From positions 806,001 to 863,030 of the forward strand of contig QPGO01000019.1 in the NCBI GenBank assembly GCA_008632985.1: a DNA stretch of 57,030 nt. Direction: 5' to 3'. Of the stretch, positions 13,335 to 25,612 are shown in pieces. The notes under the pieces were generated by a model, which saw only the letters and a list, made by a program, of their open reading frames with translations, made no database searches and was not told where the DNA came from. The position numbers were made by a program, and so were the translations under genes. The stretch comes from Psammoneis japonica (Eukaryota). Positions within the stretch are counted from its first letter, which is position 1, and every line of letters starts with the position of its first letter.

Positions 13335-14263
13335 ATGAGAATTAAGTTGAACCTCCGTCTTCCTGTCTTGGCACTTGCTTCGATTGCCTTCGGGGTCATA
13401 TGATCTACGCTAGTTCCTGGCTGATGCGCCCACGCTTTCCATCAGATCGCTTCAAGCGACGTATGTCTTTCGAGGCATCGTGGAAGGACTAAACGGAACT
13501 CTTGTTGTAGACAAATGGCAGGATGATCAATGGTATTTCAAGACCAGTGTCAGAATGTTTTCTGAATTCGCACGCAGGACAGAAGAGCAAGTAAGAATCA
13601 TGCTAAATATACAGTCAGAGGCTGATCAGTATCTCTCATCTATCACGACGACAACTGAAACTAGTTCGACTTTGAGAATTTGGACGGAAGTTGGGCCAGT
13701 GAAAACATTGTCCGAGAACGTCACAGATTTACTAGACGTCCTATACGTCATTTCAGACGCTGCCCGGGGATAATCCGAGGCCTTTGCTCAATGGCCGAAA
13801 CTGGTACGAGATGAGCATTCTGTTCCTGAATTAGGCGTGGAGGAAGACGATATTGCTTGGTGTACGCCAAATCTGGTGTCAGATGATCTCAATGCAACCT
13901 TTGTTACAAACCGCAAGGTGATCATTCTTCGGCAGCTTGTACTGTTTCAAAAGGGTGTCACAGGAAGTTATCACTTCCGATTCCAAGTCGTAGAAAAGCT
14001 AGATACACGGGGTGGAAAGAAAAGCGTGAGCTGTCGGTTGTGCAATAATGGCTATTCTTGTTGCACTTTTGGTGTTTTATGGAACAGAAGTACCAAAAAT
14101 CAGGTCCCTTATCTCCCTCTTCGAAGCACATAATGTACCGGCATCTACATGTGGAAATAAGCCCGATGAAATAAAAGTTGTCTGCTCGTGCTTGTGGCCA
14201 TCGCTGGTTCTGCATTTTAGGAAGTCTTACGAACAAGATAATATTTATACCAACAAATCATGA
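13335..14263 (+). CDS. Putative signal-anchored protein, fragmented by frameshifts (possibly glycosyltransferase-like)
   Basis: ATG 13335 followed by a hydrophobic stretch (MRIKLNLRLPVLALASIAFGVI); consecutive same-strand ORFs at 13480, 13837 and 14048 with normal gene-like composition; a weak IRRG-like motif near 13830. Confidence 0.3.
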
Positions 14264-14421
14264 CTTGCTTGCAACAGTGTCTAGTGTATTTGGGATGGCT
14301 GGGAGCTCAGTTCTTGCGTGCCAGTCTCGATCACAATTCCTATGACGAGTAAAGAAGTCTATTTTTATCGGGGACAGAAGCATTGCATGCAATAGGGCCC
14401 TATTTTCTATATATTAGCTTT

Positions 14422-15012
14422 CTATTTGCTACGGTGGTATAGTGCTTTCCGTAACAAGTCTTTGAAAGGGTAGTCTGGCAATTGCAACTCGGCCATGGCA
14501 TCGTTGGTGTCAACAACTCCGGGAGCATAGGCTTGTTGAAAATCGTTTGCTGCCGTTGCGATCGCCAAGCGTCTGGCACGCGCAGAGCATTCCACTGCAA
14601 CTTCTGCAACATCATGATCCCTTCCAGTATACTGTTGGGTTTTCAATACCATGTACCGGGTGAGCTGTTGTTCCTTTTGTCGCTCCCTCGAAAGGCGAAA
14701 CTCAAGTCCGCGGCGTTCCTGCGCGAGGCGCTGAGTTTTCCAGTCCCGACAAATGCTTCGAACCTCTTCACGGAACTCTTGCCTTTGACGCAGAGAATAC
14801 CATATTTCACTCCGCTCTTGAGCCGATATGGAGGACCGCGGAGCAATACTAGCCACTACTTGTGTACTTCCAAACGAAACTCTCTTCCGACGTTGGTTCT
14901 TCTCGGGTAAGGTTGGCGACCTTTTGTGCTTGATCACCGTCATGCTTTTGCGACTACTCTTTGGCTTGACTTGTTGACTCTTTTGGGAAACTTCAATGGG
15001 AGCACAGCACAT
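14422..15012 (-). CDS. Diatom-type hypothetical protein (KRVSF...EIWYS...RGLE family)
   Basis: Open frame with the pattern KRVSF-x-V...S-x-x-ER-x-x-IWY...RGLE, which I recognise from diatom unknown proteins. First in-frame ATG at 15012. Confidence 0.65.
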   Translation of the reverse strand: MCCAPIEVSQKSQQVKPKSSRKSMTVIKHKRSPTLPEKNQRRKRVSFGSTQVVASIAPRSSISAQERSEIWYSLRQRQEFREEVRSICRDWKTQRLAQERRGLEFRLSRERQKEQQLTRYMVLKTQQYTGRDHDVAEVAVECSARARRLAIATAANDFQQAYAPGVVDTNDAMAELQLPDYPFKDLLRKALYHRSK

Positions 15013-15551
15013 GGTAGACGCGTGTTTTACTTCAATTGCATTCGACACATAGGTTGAGGGGGGCGCGAATGATGAGAAGTGAGAAGTGGAGGTGACTTCG
15101 CAACAAACTTCCAGCGCGAAAGTGCGAACTGTGCGAAACCTCCCTTCGGACGAAGAAGAGCGCGATTTGTCTCAACTCGATCTCGGATGTTAAATACTTA
15201 CTTAGGGCTGTGTTGCCTAAACGTGATTCTTAAATAATTGTTTAACGATCCATGAATGACTCTACGATTATGATATGACCGGTTAACGATTTCATATATT
15301 GTAATAGAGGCTGTATACCACACATATCTTGATCTCCGTGCAGCTTTGATCGTTCCTCTTATACTTTTTGATTCACGAATGATCGCGTCAACGCCTGTCC
15401 TCCGTTCCAACCAAGACTCGCAAGGTCGCATTTTGGTTGCGATATTTTTCGCCAACTTCGCGACCACTGCCATATCCTCGCAAGCTTGTTCTCACATTTT
15501 TCGTTTCTGCTCCGGCAATCTTGCTATCATTTTGAATTTTGAAATTCAAAA

Positions 15552-16559
15552 ATGTGCAGTGGTATCCGAACCAGTAGTATGCCTCCAGAAGATATCATTG
15601 ACAAGTCTTCACATAAGCATGAAGACAAACAGGAATCGTCGGTCTCTGCTACCGATACTGTGGTCCCTACCGAACTTGATGTGTTGATGGGAAAGGGTCG
15701 CAAAATTCAAAACCACGAGGGAAATGTAAGACTACGTGAGATTGGTCGTCACTTTAGTGAAAAATACCAAGGCCAACCGAATGCTATCAAACAGCGGATT
15801 CGTCAACAAGTTGTCGACTTGGTTCGCAAGAGTGGTGGACGATTTCTAGAATTAGTTGCCGAGGAGTACGTGGATGTCGGCGACAAGCGTGCCATGGAAA
15901 AAGTGAGGCATGTAATGAGTGGTCGTCTCCCACAACCAAAAGGGGATAATTGTAAATACACGTTCGTTGCGACTGAGTCTCAAGCAGCTCAGGCATCTTC
16001 TGAGCAACCCGAGGTGACTGACGACCCGCTTCGCGATACTCGTGAAAAAAGTGAAACGATCCCGAAGCACAGCCAAATCAATACTTATCTTTGTCAGGAA
16101 ATTGGAGCGGCATCAATAGCAGAAGAATCAGTTTCAGAAGAAGAAGAGAAACAAAATAATGCTGAACCCGAGGTTCCGCTTTGTGACATTGCAGATGAAG
16201 CGGTCAAGGTCCGCCAGCGACAACAGCGTTTGTTGTTGCTACGCCATGGCGCAACTTGCAAACACAACTCGCAACGGTGCCCCGTGACGGACCAGTGTGC
16301 CAAATTCAAAGCGCTCTGGGGTCACATGGCGACGTGTCAAGACGCGAATTGTCAAGTCAGACATTGCATCAGCTCGAAATATATGTTGCATCACTACAAA
16401 CACTGTTCGAATGACTTGTGCCTCGAATGTGGACCGCTTCGGGCAACCATTGCAGGCGCTAGAAGAAAACGACAAGAAAGTAACGATGAAAAACCTTGCG
16501 ACGAACCCCAGTTAAAAAGACGGAAAACGAGCTCAATATTTGAGGAATGGAGCGAGTAA
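15552..16559 (+). CDS. DUF6824-domain protein with C-terminal TAZ zinc finger
   Basis: DVLMGKG...HEGN...VRKSGGRFL...A-x-EKV-x-H (DUF6824 pattern); LLLLRHGATC...CPVT..C..FK.LW.HM..C...C.V.HC.SS...L.HY..C....C..C (TAZ finger). Confidence 0.85.
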   Translation: MCSGIRTSSMPPEDIIDKSSHKHEDKQESSVSATDTVVPTELDVLMGKGRKIQNHEGNVRLREIGRHFSEKYQGQPNAIKQRIRQQVVDLVRKSGGRFLELVAEEYVDVGDKRAMEKVRHVMSGRLPQPKGDNCKYTFVATESQAAQASSEQPEVTDDPLRDTREKSETIPKHSQINTYLCQEIGAASIAEESVSEEEEKQNNAEPEVPLCDIADEAVKVRQRQQRLLLLRHGATCKHNSQRCPVTDQCAKFKALWGHMATCQDANCQVRHCISSKYMLHHYKHCSNDLCLECGPLRATIAGARRKRQESNDEKPCDEPQLKRRKTSSIFEEWSE

Positions 16560-16653
16560 CGTAAACAAGAGGAGATGAAGCTTAACTCATCACAATTCTA
16601 AGTCGACCCGGTAATTTTTTTTAGAATTCAACAATTACACTTCATAGCTTTTT

Positions 16654-18240
16654 TTACCAATCGTAATCTGCTCCCCCGGGTGCTCTGGTCTGTCCAAAGC
16701 CCAAATCCGGATTCATATCATCTTCTGGAGTCCATTCCGAGTCCAATCCCAAATCCTTGAGTCGTCGTTCTTGGTAGTACTCTTTGAGATCCAGCGCTTC
16801 TTTCTCTCTTTGTAAGAAAGCCACAGTTCTAGACAAGGCCTTCATCTCGGACTCACGTAGCTTTGCACAGATCTCTGGTCCGCCACCTTTCTTGTCTTGC
16901 TTTTGTAGTTCGTCCAATTCCTTCTCACAGGTATCAATGATTGTGTCTACAACAGCTAATTCATTTGGTTCGCTCACAGGATACGACATGAATTCCCAAA
17001 CTTCTTTTCGAAAAATGCTTTCCAACAGGAACGCATCCGTTCCTCCCAATTTACATAGCCTGATAAATTGCATCATGGCGGGGTCTGGTTCCCCGTCACG
17101 TCCAGTTTCGCTGACGACGTCAAAGGATTGAACTGGATCCATTGGTGCCAAATCGTACGTTTCAAATTCTAATATATCCAGCTTGTCATCACGAAACCGA
17201 TCTTTTTCTGGCGGATCCAGTTCAAAGGTCAATTCGGACACTGCCGCCCTGAACACTTGCGGCGGACAAAAGCCGTGCTCCAAGAGATAATCGGCTGCGC
17301 TCTTTGGTCCATACGAGCAAAAGACTTCGTCACCCTCTTTGTAGTTTTGATTAGCAATCAATTCAGCGCCCTTGGTTGTACCAAAGGCACCCATGGTCCC
17401 ACCCGTCACTTCCAAGCCCTTGTCGTCATGATTGCAAAAGTCCAAGAGCGGCAAGAGACGAAGACTCCCATCCACAAAGACACTGCGTGAGTTTACCAAG
17501 GACATGGCCCATTTGTAGCCCTCTTCTGAAAAGCAGGGGAGATCTCCTACGGTGGATGGAAACTTGTCACGATCCTTGGACCATATGCGTTCTTCCAACC
17601 ACGCAGCATCTTCGTCAATATCATCCAAGACACGATAAATCTTGTTTGTTGTGGATGACTGCAACACTTCTTGATCGTCCTCGGACCACAGTAGGGGGTG
17701 TAACGTTGACATTTCATCTGGGGTGGGTAAGCACGACACCCACGATTCCATAAAGGCTTGAATTTCTTTGGATCGTTTTGGTAGAGCAACGCCAGCACCA
17801 GATATTCGCGCTACTTCATTCAACAACAATAATGCCACCAAGCCCGCATCGCCTGTCCAACCATCGTAGCCTTCGGGTAGTACATCTTTAAATACTTGCT
17901 CGCGAGCAAGCGCTGGTGTCATGACAAAGCTATCATCATATGGCATGGCCACCATGACTTTGCCCTTTTTAATGTCGCTTGTTGCAATCAATCCCAGTCT
18001 ATTGTCTCCCGAAGTACCGACAGTTACCTTGAGCGTCTTTGCAACCTCTGACTGACACTTTTCCAAGTTTTGCTTCAATAATTCCACATTATCGTCAAGC
18101 GATTGCCTCGTCCTAGTTTTCGAACAAGTCGATGCTGTCCAAGGAACGCCTCCTCGATTTGTTGGTGCGATCCTTCCATTGTTTATGAAACCAAAGGCCG
18201 TGGTGGCGAGAAGTACAACGCAGAAAAACCGAATAATCAT
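16654..18240 (-). CDS. Plastid-targeted SET-domain lysine methyltransferase (Rubisco LSMT-like)
   Basis: Signal peptide MIIRFFCVVLLATTAFGF plus a transit-like segment; GLIAT, WAMSLVNSRS, LLPLLDFCNH, EVFCSYG..S...LL.HGF; LSMT-like C-terminus KEYYQERRLKDLGL. Intact single ORF. Confidence 0.88.
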   Translation of the reverse strand: MIIRFFCVVLLATTAFGFINNGRIAPTNRGGVPWTASTCSKTRTRQSLDDNVELLKQNLEKCQSEVAKTLKVTVGTSGDNRLGLIATSDIKKGKVMVAMPYDDSFVMTPALAREQVFKDVLPEGYDGWTGDAGLVALLLLNEVARISGAGVALPKRSKEIQAFMESWVSCLPTPDEMSTLHPLLWSEDDQEVLQSSTTNKIYRVLDDIDEDAAWLEERIWSKDRDKFPSTVGDLPCFSEEGYKWAMSLVNSRSVFVDGSLRLLPLLDFCNHDDKGLEVTGGTMGAFGTTKGAELIANQNYKEGDEVFCSYGPKSAADYLLEHGFCPPQVFRAAVSELTFELDPPEKDRFRDDKLDILEFETYDLAPMDPVQSFDVVSETGRDGEPDPAMMQFIRLCKLGGTDAFLLESIFRKEVWEFMSYPVSEPNELAVVDTIIDTCEKELDELQKQDKKGGGPEICAKLRESEMKALSRTVAFLQREKEALDLKEYYQERRLKDLGLDSEWTPEDDMNPDLGFGQTRAPGGADYDW

Positions 18241-18569
18241 TGCGACGAAAATAAACCTAATTTTCTCCACAAAAGCAAATATGACTTGGGAGAGCTACTC
18301 TAGAAAGGTGCTCGTGTCCCTCTATCAGCGCCAACTGTACTCTACCTACCGGTAATACTTAGAGTAGAGAGGGAGGAGTCTACCTACAGTATCTCTTCCC
18401 TTGTCCGCTCTTTTCATGTTGCGTGCTCCGCCCCCTCCGACGGAGCCGCGGACCTCCCTCCGAGATGACGATTTTCAAAGATACGCAGGTTGAAGTTACT
18501 CGCAAGATTCCTGATTCCTTTTCCAATCTTTAATCGTATGATTCAATTTATGAGTTTTCTCACTTTTTG

Positions 18570-20620
18570 CTCAAAGTTTTGCTTGTTTGCTTTTTGACTT
18601 TTTCTTTTTTGACAATTTTTGAGTGTTCACCGACGATGCCACAGAAGATTCAAATCAAAAGCCGTGGTGGCGAGAAGTGCTGGCACAAGACAGAAAAAGC
18701 CCACAGCTCATCTCTCCGTCTTCTCTGTGCTCCCTCCAAGCCCACCCCCAACACTCACACTTGCACACTCATGGTGATTCCTCACAAACACACTCTTTGA
18801 ACATCGTCATCATGGCTGGTCATCGCGTGATTGAGCTGGCACTCCTCCTTTTCCGCACACCACACAGGATGCAGAAGTGCACAGAGGCAGGGAGGTGCAG
18901 GACACATGCATCCCTGTGTGCAGTGTGCAGAGGAACTGCAATGTCAGTGAATTTAAGGTTTGAAAACAAGATCAAATTGCTTGTTTTTTCTCTCTGCAAA
19001 AGCAAGAATGAAATGATGTGCAATGTCTGTTTCGCACACCAGCCTTCACACACAAAAGCCAGCTCAGCAGATGGCAACATTGTCACATCCAGACAACCAA
19101 TGGTTCTTTCCTGTTTTCATTTCCCCAAACATTTTTCAAACTTCAAGGGTCATGGTGTGCACAGCACCACACATGTTGTGTGCATGCACTCACGCATGTG
19201 TGCGCTCCCCCCTTCATCTTGCAAGTGCTGTTGTCACTGCTGCCATTGGCACCATCATCAACGAACTCTTTGATCTTGACATCAACATCTCCCATCCTTG
19301 CACCAGCCTCTTTCTCAGCAGCTGTGTTGCCCCCAGTTGTGACAACTTGCTCTCAGCAGCAGTGCCAGCTTTTGAGGGGGCATGGCTTTGGCTTGTTGCT
19401 TGGCAGCTGCGCCATTGTCTCTGACTTCTTGTCCATGTTGAGTGTCACTTCAAGGCTTTTCATGTGGCTTTTGTTGTCTTGTCTCCATCAACTTCTTGCC
19501 AAGTCTCTCCAGCTCATTTTTTCTGCTCATTCTTGAGAGTGTTTCTCTCACAGCCTTGGTGTTGGCTGTGCTGCAGTGCCACAACAGTGTCTTTTGGAGA
19601 AGGTCAACAAGATGAGCAAGCAATGTGAGCTGCCACTGAGCCACCCTCTTGGTCTGGCACTGCCCAGCCATGTCCCCTCTCAAAACAGCCTTTGTACGCT
19701 GGTGGGCTGTTTCCACCTGCATTGCATGCCAAGCCATGAACACAGACACCAGCCACTTTGCAATGCAGCAGGAGCCCCACATTGGTGAATTGTCACACAA
19801 GATTGTCCCCAGAAATTGTGTTCTCAAAAAAGAGCCCGGCACTGAGGTGGGTCCTCTCATTGTGCAGCAGCTCTTTGTCATTTTCAATCAACGCATTCCC
19901 AAGCTCTTCTTTTAAACTCAAGCTCTTTCACTTGCTTGCAAAACCAGTGGTGGCATGGCAAGTTGTTGTGCTCAAACAGAAGCTGTGCTTTGCATGAAAT
20001 TTGTCACAAATCTCATGTGACCACCCATCTTTTCATTCAACTGTTCCCAGCTTGGAATCCAAATGCTTGAGCTCCACTTGCCACTTTTTTTTCACATTGC
20101 ACAGATGTTCACATTCATGTTTGGTCTTGGGNGGGGGGGGGGGGGGGGCTCAAGTGGCAAAGATTTGCTTTGGAGCTGTTCTCATGGTGGTCTCCTCTGC
20201 AGCTGCTTTCCTTTTGCTTGGTTTGCTTTCATTTTGCAAAATGTTCCCATGCAAGGAAAACAATTGTTTGTTTTGGGGCTCAGTTCTTCCATGAGGCAAA
20301 AGCTTTGTTGCAGTCTGGAGATTGCTGGTCGCTGCATCAGCAAAGGTGCAATCCATTCTCATGCTCAGCTGGTGTGGCAAGCAGCTTTTGTGCAGCTCCA
20401 AAAAATGAGCAAGTTCGCGTGCCTCTTCTTGTGAGTTCAGAAAACACGATGTGTTCTTCCTGGACAACTCCCACCACTTGAAAGTGGTCAATTGGTGGCA
20501 GCATCTCATGCATGGATTGCTCTTTAGTGACAAGAAATAGATGTCTGTCCTTTGCATGTGTTTTGGTTGCAATTGAAGCAAAGTCACTGGCAAGATTCTG
20601 ATTCCTTCTTTTCAATCTTT
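18570..20620. mobile_element. Degenerate TE remnant (possibly DNA transposase, minus strand), TpA- and CpG-depleted
   Basis: Depleted composition. A minus-strand remnant near 19720 reading V.GL.CNAGGN weakly resembles a transposase D-x-G-x-x-N motif. Poly-G run with an N at 20129..20148. Confidence 0.4.
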
Positions 20621-20629
20621 TTTCCGCGC

Positions 20630-23600
20630 TCGCGCACTGCGATCCCGATCCCGACTGCGGGTTTGTTTTGATCAAATTTTGCAACTCCATGACCTGCATC
20701 CATGCCGTCATTGCCAAAGAACCACCAAGATGTGCCTCCGTGGTGCACATTTGCACACCCACATTTCTGACATCCATTTTCACCCCCGTGCAACTGCCAA
20801 TGTTCAGCTCATTGCATCCTCCTGCCCACGTCAAGAGCTCACTGCTTGGACAACCTCCCTTCAATGGCTCCACTCGCTGCCCCTGTCGCCCCCACCCTTC
20901 TGCGCCTCCCTCTGGCACAAACTCCCCCCTTCCTCCCGCCTCCAAGTCCTCCTCACCCTCCATCATCTCGTCCAATCGACTGTCGACTCCTCTGAGCCCT
21001 TCGACACCGACGACGACCCACCCCCTCCTTGGCAAACTGCCTCCGACCCTTTTTTCAAGCTCCTCTTCCTCTTTGAATCCCTTGTCCTCCACCCTCGACC
21101 CAAGCACTCCAACACCCCCCTTTCCACCACCATCACTCAACGTCTCTTCCTCTTCCGCAACGGTTCCATCCGCGCCCTCTACGACCAATCCCGTTTGATC
21201 CCTGCTCCCGACACATCCGACGAACCTCCCGACTTTGATGACACATCCTACACCCACTCCACCCAAGTTGCCGCCAACGTCAATGACCTCCATGCCGCCT
21301 GCGCCCGGGCCACCTCCTCCCTCCCCGTCGCCTCTCTCACCCCCGAACGCATGGAGCTTGTCAAGCAACTCTGCCCACCCCGCAAACACCCACCGCTTCC
21401 TTCCCCCCCATCCACCAGACACCACTGCTCTACCTCCTCCCCCCTGCACTTCACCGCCGACGACCTCCGCAAAGCCCTCGCTGAATGTCAACCAGGCAAA
21501 GCTCCCGGCGCCTTTGCCGATTCCACCGACCTGTTCAAGGCCTGCGCCCTCCACCGCCGCTCCACCCCAACCTCCACCTCATGCCCCTGCCTGCTCACCT
21601 TCAAACATCTGCTCGACCTCATTCTTGCAGCAGACATCCCTGCATCCATCAAGCCCGCCTTTTCTTCCAACTGCTTCCTCGCTCTCCACAAAGACTCCTC
21701 CAACCTTTCCAAACTTCGCCCCATCGGCGTCGGAACTGCCCTTCGCAGAATCATCGGCACCCTCATCATGTTCCTCTTTGCCGCCACCTTTGCTGCCAAC
21801 CTCCTCCTCTCGGCCAATTCGGAGTCGGCGTCAAAGGCGGTCTCGACCACCCAGTCGACACCACCCATGCCAACATTGAGCGATTCTTTGACCCAGACTC
21901 CACTCCAACCAAGGCCCTCCTCCTCCTCGACTTGTCAAATTGTTTCAACGAATGCTCCCGTGACGCTTGTCGCGACACCCTCGACAACTCTGACGAATGC
22001 CACCCCCTCATCCCTTTCTTCGACCCACTCCATCAAAACCCCAACACTTGCTGGTGCCGTGACCACCGCTTACAATGGTCCTCCTTCTCTCAGCCCGAAG
22101 GATTTGCTCAAGGCTGCCCCCTCAGCCCTGCCTTCTCCTGCCTTGTTTTGGCTCGTGTGTTCCAACCCATCAACGACGACCTGCATCGTCGACTCCCTCC
22201 CCGCTCCAAGTCCGCTGCCTCTTCTCACATCGATGACACCCACATCTTCCTTCCCTTCTCCCAGCTCCCCTGGTTCCTCAAGCGCCTTTCTACCTCCGGT
22301 CCCCAATTCGGCATCAAGCTCAACCCCTCCAAGACCCAAATTCTCACCTCCATCACCGGCTCCTCTCCCATCAACCGCCTTCCACCCTCCAACGCTGCTG
22401 CACTGTCCGAGGCCCTGGCCTTCCTCAACCCTCACAACGATCCCCACATCACACCCAAAATCACCACCGGCACTCGCTTCCTCGGTCGGCCCATCGGCTC
22501 ACCCGCTTTCGCCCTCGATTTCCTCCGCAATGAGGCCATTTCCTTCGCCACTGACCTTCATCGCCTCACCGTCCGGCTCACTGACAAACAAACACAGAGC
22601 ACCCTCTTCTGCAAGTGCTCACTCCCTTCCATCACCCACCTGCCATCTGCGGATGCATGCTGCAACCTTTCACCCTCCGACGACTTTCCACCTCCTTTTC
22701 AGTGGGCATCCCCCTTCGTCGACAAAATCATTGGCCACTCCCTGCGGTTCCTCACCTGCCTCACCCAACACACAGACCCCCTTCCATCTGCCTCCAAACT
22801 CATTGCCACCCTGCCCGTCTCTTTGGGAGGCATCGGATGTCGCGACATCTCCGCCGTCGCCATCCCTGCCCTCATCACCTCCCTCCTCCGCTCCATCCAC
22901 TGCACCAAACATGGCATCCCACCAACCGGTGGCGCCATCTTCCACCTTCCCTCAAGCCGCTCTTCCGCTCTCGGTTCATGGTCCAACCCCCGCTCCACCC
23001 TCTCCCTCTGCCAAATCTTCCGCCACTGCGCTCCCACCCTTCTCAAGCTCGACTCCCCCTCTTTTACCTCCCTTTCGCACGCTGTCGAACACCACAACCT
23101 ACGCGGTCTCTCACAGTGCCTCCACCTGCGCCATCACACACACCACACCCTCCCCTCAATCCTCACCGATCCTTCCATCCAACCAACACTCCCATCCCCA
23201 CTGTCGCCCCTCACAAGCCTGTGCCTTCACTCCCTGTCCCGCATCCCACACTCCAATTGCCTTCCGCCCCATCTTTTCACGATCCTCCTCTTGCGCAAGC
23301 TCCGTCTCCCTGTCATCCCACCCAACCTCTCCCAACACAACTGCCCATGCGGTCACGCCCACCCCGACCCATGCGGCGATCACGCCTTTGCTTGCTCCAA
23401 AATGCACAAAGGCCCCCCATCCAACCACATCCGTGACACGGTCCACACAATCATCGAGACCCTTGGTCCTCCATGCGGCCTCTGCCGATCCCGCCAACAA
23501 GTCTGCCTTGACCCTGCCGGACTCCTGCCCAACCACCCTCTAAAATGCCCCGCCAATGTTGGCGTCCAACTCACCCCCGGCTCCACACCACCAGACGCCC

Positions 23601-24295
23601 CATCCACCCATCAATTCACAGCAATTGACATCACCGTGCCGCCCGCTCCCCCGCCTCCTGCACCTGGTTTGCCTGTCCCTGAAAACCCACTTGACAAGGC
23701 TCACCTCAGCAGCACTCAGGACAAGCTCCTCGGCCGCTCTACATCCTCCGCCCACGGTTCTGACATCATCGATGCCACCAACCAAGCAGGCCTCTTCCTC
23801 CTCCCTTTCACCTTCGATCACCTGGGAGGCATCGGACACCACTTCCATCTTTTCTTTTTTGGTGCCTCCACCACTGCCTCCTCCTCCGCCCCCCCCCTCC
23901 CCCCCAAACCACCCTGGTCCCATCCATCCTCTTTCTCTAACTCTCAAGCATCCTTCTCTGCCTTCACCAACTCCCTTTTGGCTCCTTCCAACCTCCTCAC
24001 CCAATCCAACGCGGCCTGGAAACAACTTTCCCCCGCCCACTTCGGCTCCTCCTACCATGCTGCCACACCCCTACTTTGGGCTTCCCAAACCCTCAGCCTT
24101 AACTTTGGCTTTGCTCTCTCCAACCATCTCTCTACATGTCAAGCTTTCCTCCTCCGCCATCCCTCCGTCACCAACTCCTCCTCCCGACCGTCCGTCCGCA
24201 CCCTCGGCCAACCCTTTTTCTCTCCCTCTCCCAGCGCGCTCCGCGCGCTCCCTCCGCCACCTATTTCCCCAACACCACCACTACCGACCCCATAA
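20630..24295 (+). mobile_element. Non-LTR retrotransposon of RLE type (CRE-like): zinc finger, RT, CCHC, restriction-like endonuclease
   Basis: N-terminal C-x2-C...H-x4-H; LRPIGVG..LRRI, QFGVGVKGG, LDLSNCFN, GFAQGCPLSP, SHIDD (for YIDD), GIKLNPSK, LPVSLGGIG, CPCG...DPCGDHAFAC, and PAN...AIDIT (decayed PD...D). One frameshift near 21810; very C-rich coding strand. Confidence 0.85.
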
Positions 24296-24304
24296 ATATC
24301 TTAA

Positions 24305-24698
24305 GGGTGGTCGGTTGCTACTTTTTTTAGCTCGAATTCGGCCGAATAGCTCGTGTTTTGCATGATTTTTCCTGAATTTCACCGTGCTTCACCGTGGTGA
24401 AAACAACAAGCCATAAGTCTGTGACGGAGGTGGTCCGTCTACCAACTCTCATTTATTTTATGTTTGTTATGTATCAAAGATTGTATATACATGAAAAGTT
24501 GGTAGACGGCAAACTACGTTTTTGAGAAATATCGATGATTGTCATCATCGTCGTGCTTCGGTCGCGGTGGTGATGGTTCTCGTTTTCGTGCGCGATCGGG
24601 TGTGACTATGAATAATTCTTGTATTCAAAAATAAACACTATAAAAAACCTTATTCAAATGCAACGGTAATTTTAGGATAAACGCGGGGATGACCCCCC
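24305..24698. mobile_element. Possible small non-autonomous DNA transposon with TTAA flanks (Kolobok/piggyBac-like)
   Basis: ttaa|gggtggtc at 24301 and gacccccc|ttaa ending at 24702: an 8-bp TIR with one mismatch and TTAA on both sides; AT-rich noncoding interior. Confidence 0.3.
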
Positions 24699-24883
24699 TT
24701 AATTCTTACTTAAAAATCTCGAAATCTGCAACAAATCCGTCCGCAAACCTTGATGATGAAGAATATGATGACAACGAACGACAGAGCGTGAGTTTGATGC
24801 ATTTCTCCGTGTTCATATCTCTGTTGTGCTGTGTGGTTTGTGCCATTGCAGTGATCTTTCCAAATATCATTATTTGTTGTTCC

Positions 24884-25612
24884 ATGCCCACTCATATAGT
24901 AACAAACGAAGCCACTGGCGAGCAGTACATAGTAGAACGTGCTGCCGCTCCGGGCGCGGACTTGCTTGATCCAGATTGTCAGCATGGTGCCCCCGCCTTT
25001 GACCTCCAAAACATGACAGATTTCCAAAAGGAATGGCACCCAGTAGTAAAAATGTACTTGCAGAGGACGAGCATGCTGCTACCGCGCATAGATCGATCAC
25101 CAGGTCCCGTCTTTCTCCTTCGTTGCAATCAAGATTTCTGGACATCGGTTCCGAAAACCATGGATATCCTTCGTCGGGATACTGCCCTGGAGATCCCCCG
25201 AATGCTTTGGTCGTCAGGAGTCAGCGGATCGTGTATGGAAAAAGGTGGTGCTAATTACAGCCGTATGTGCATTGCTGGATCTCTCGTTACCGAGTCTTTG
25301 ATTCAGAATCTGGGTGCCAATGTCCAGGACCTCCTCGACGACTTGTGGGACGACATGAATGCCATTGACTCGGATTGCGGTCTCTACGAATACATGCATC
25401 GAGAAAACAAGCGAAAATGCCTCTGCATGCAATACGTTGCTGCTGAAGCGATCAAACGAACACCCAAAAAATGTCGTTTATGTGATGCAGCATTGGACAA
25501 GCCGCAGCGCTGCAGCCGATGCAAAAATGTATGGTATTGCAATGTCAGTTGTCAGAAGCAGGATTGGAAAATGCACAAAAAAGTCTGTAGACCACCTGCT
25601 GGCACGATCTGA
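24884..25612 (+). CDS. MYND-type zinc finger protein
   Basis: C-terminal CRLC...RCSRCKNVWYCNVSCQKQDWKMHKKVC. Start placed at ATG 24884; the frame is open from 24689. Confidence 0.85.
   Translation: MPTHIVTNEATGEQYIVERAAAPGADLLDPDCQHGAPAFDLQNMTDFQKEWHPVVKMYLQRTSMLLPRIDRSPGPVFLLRCNQDFWTSVPKTMDILRRDTALEIPRMLWSSGVSGSCMEKGGANYSRMCIAGSLVTESLIQNLGANVQDLLDDLWDDMNAIDSDCGLYEYMHRENKRKCLCMQYVAAEAIKRTPKKCRLCDAALDKPQRCSRCKNVWYCNVSCQKQDWKMHKKVCRPPAGTI

Noticed and set aside
20337..24365. Long Pro/Ser-rich and Gly-rich ORFs overlapping the non-LTR element
   Set aside because: These are alternative-frame and antisense shadows of a C-rich, TA-poor RT coding sequence.
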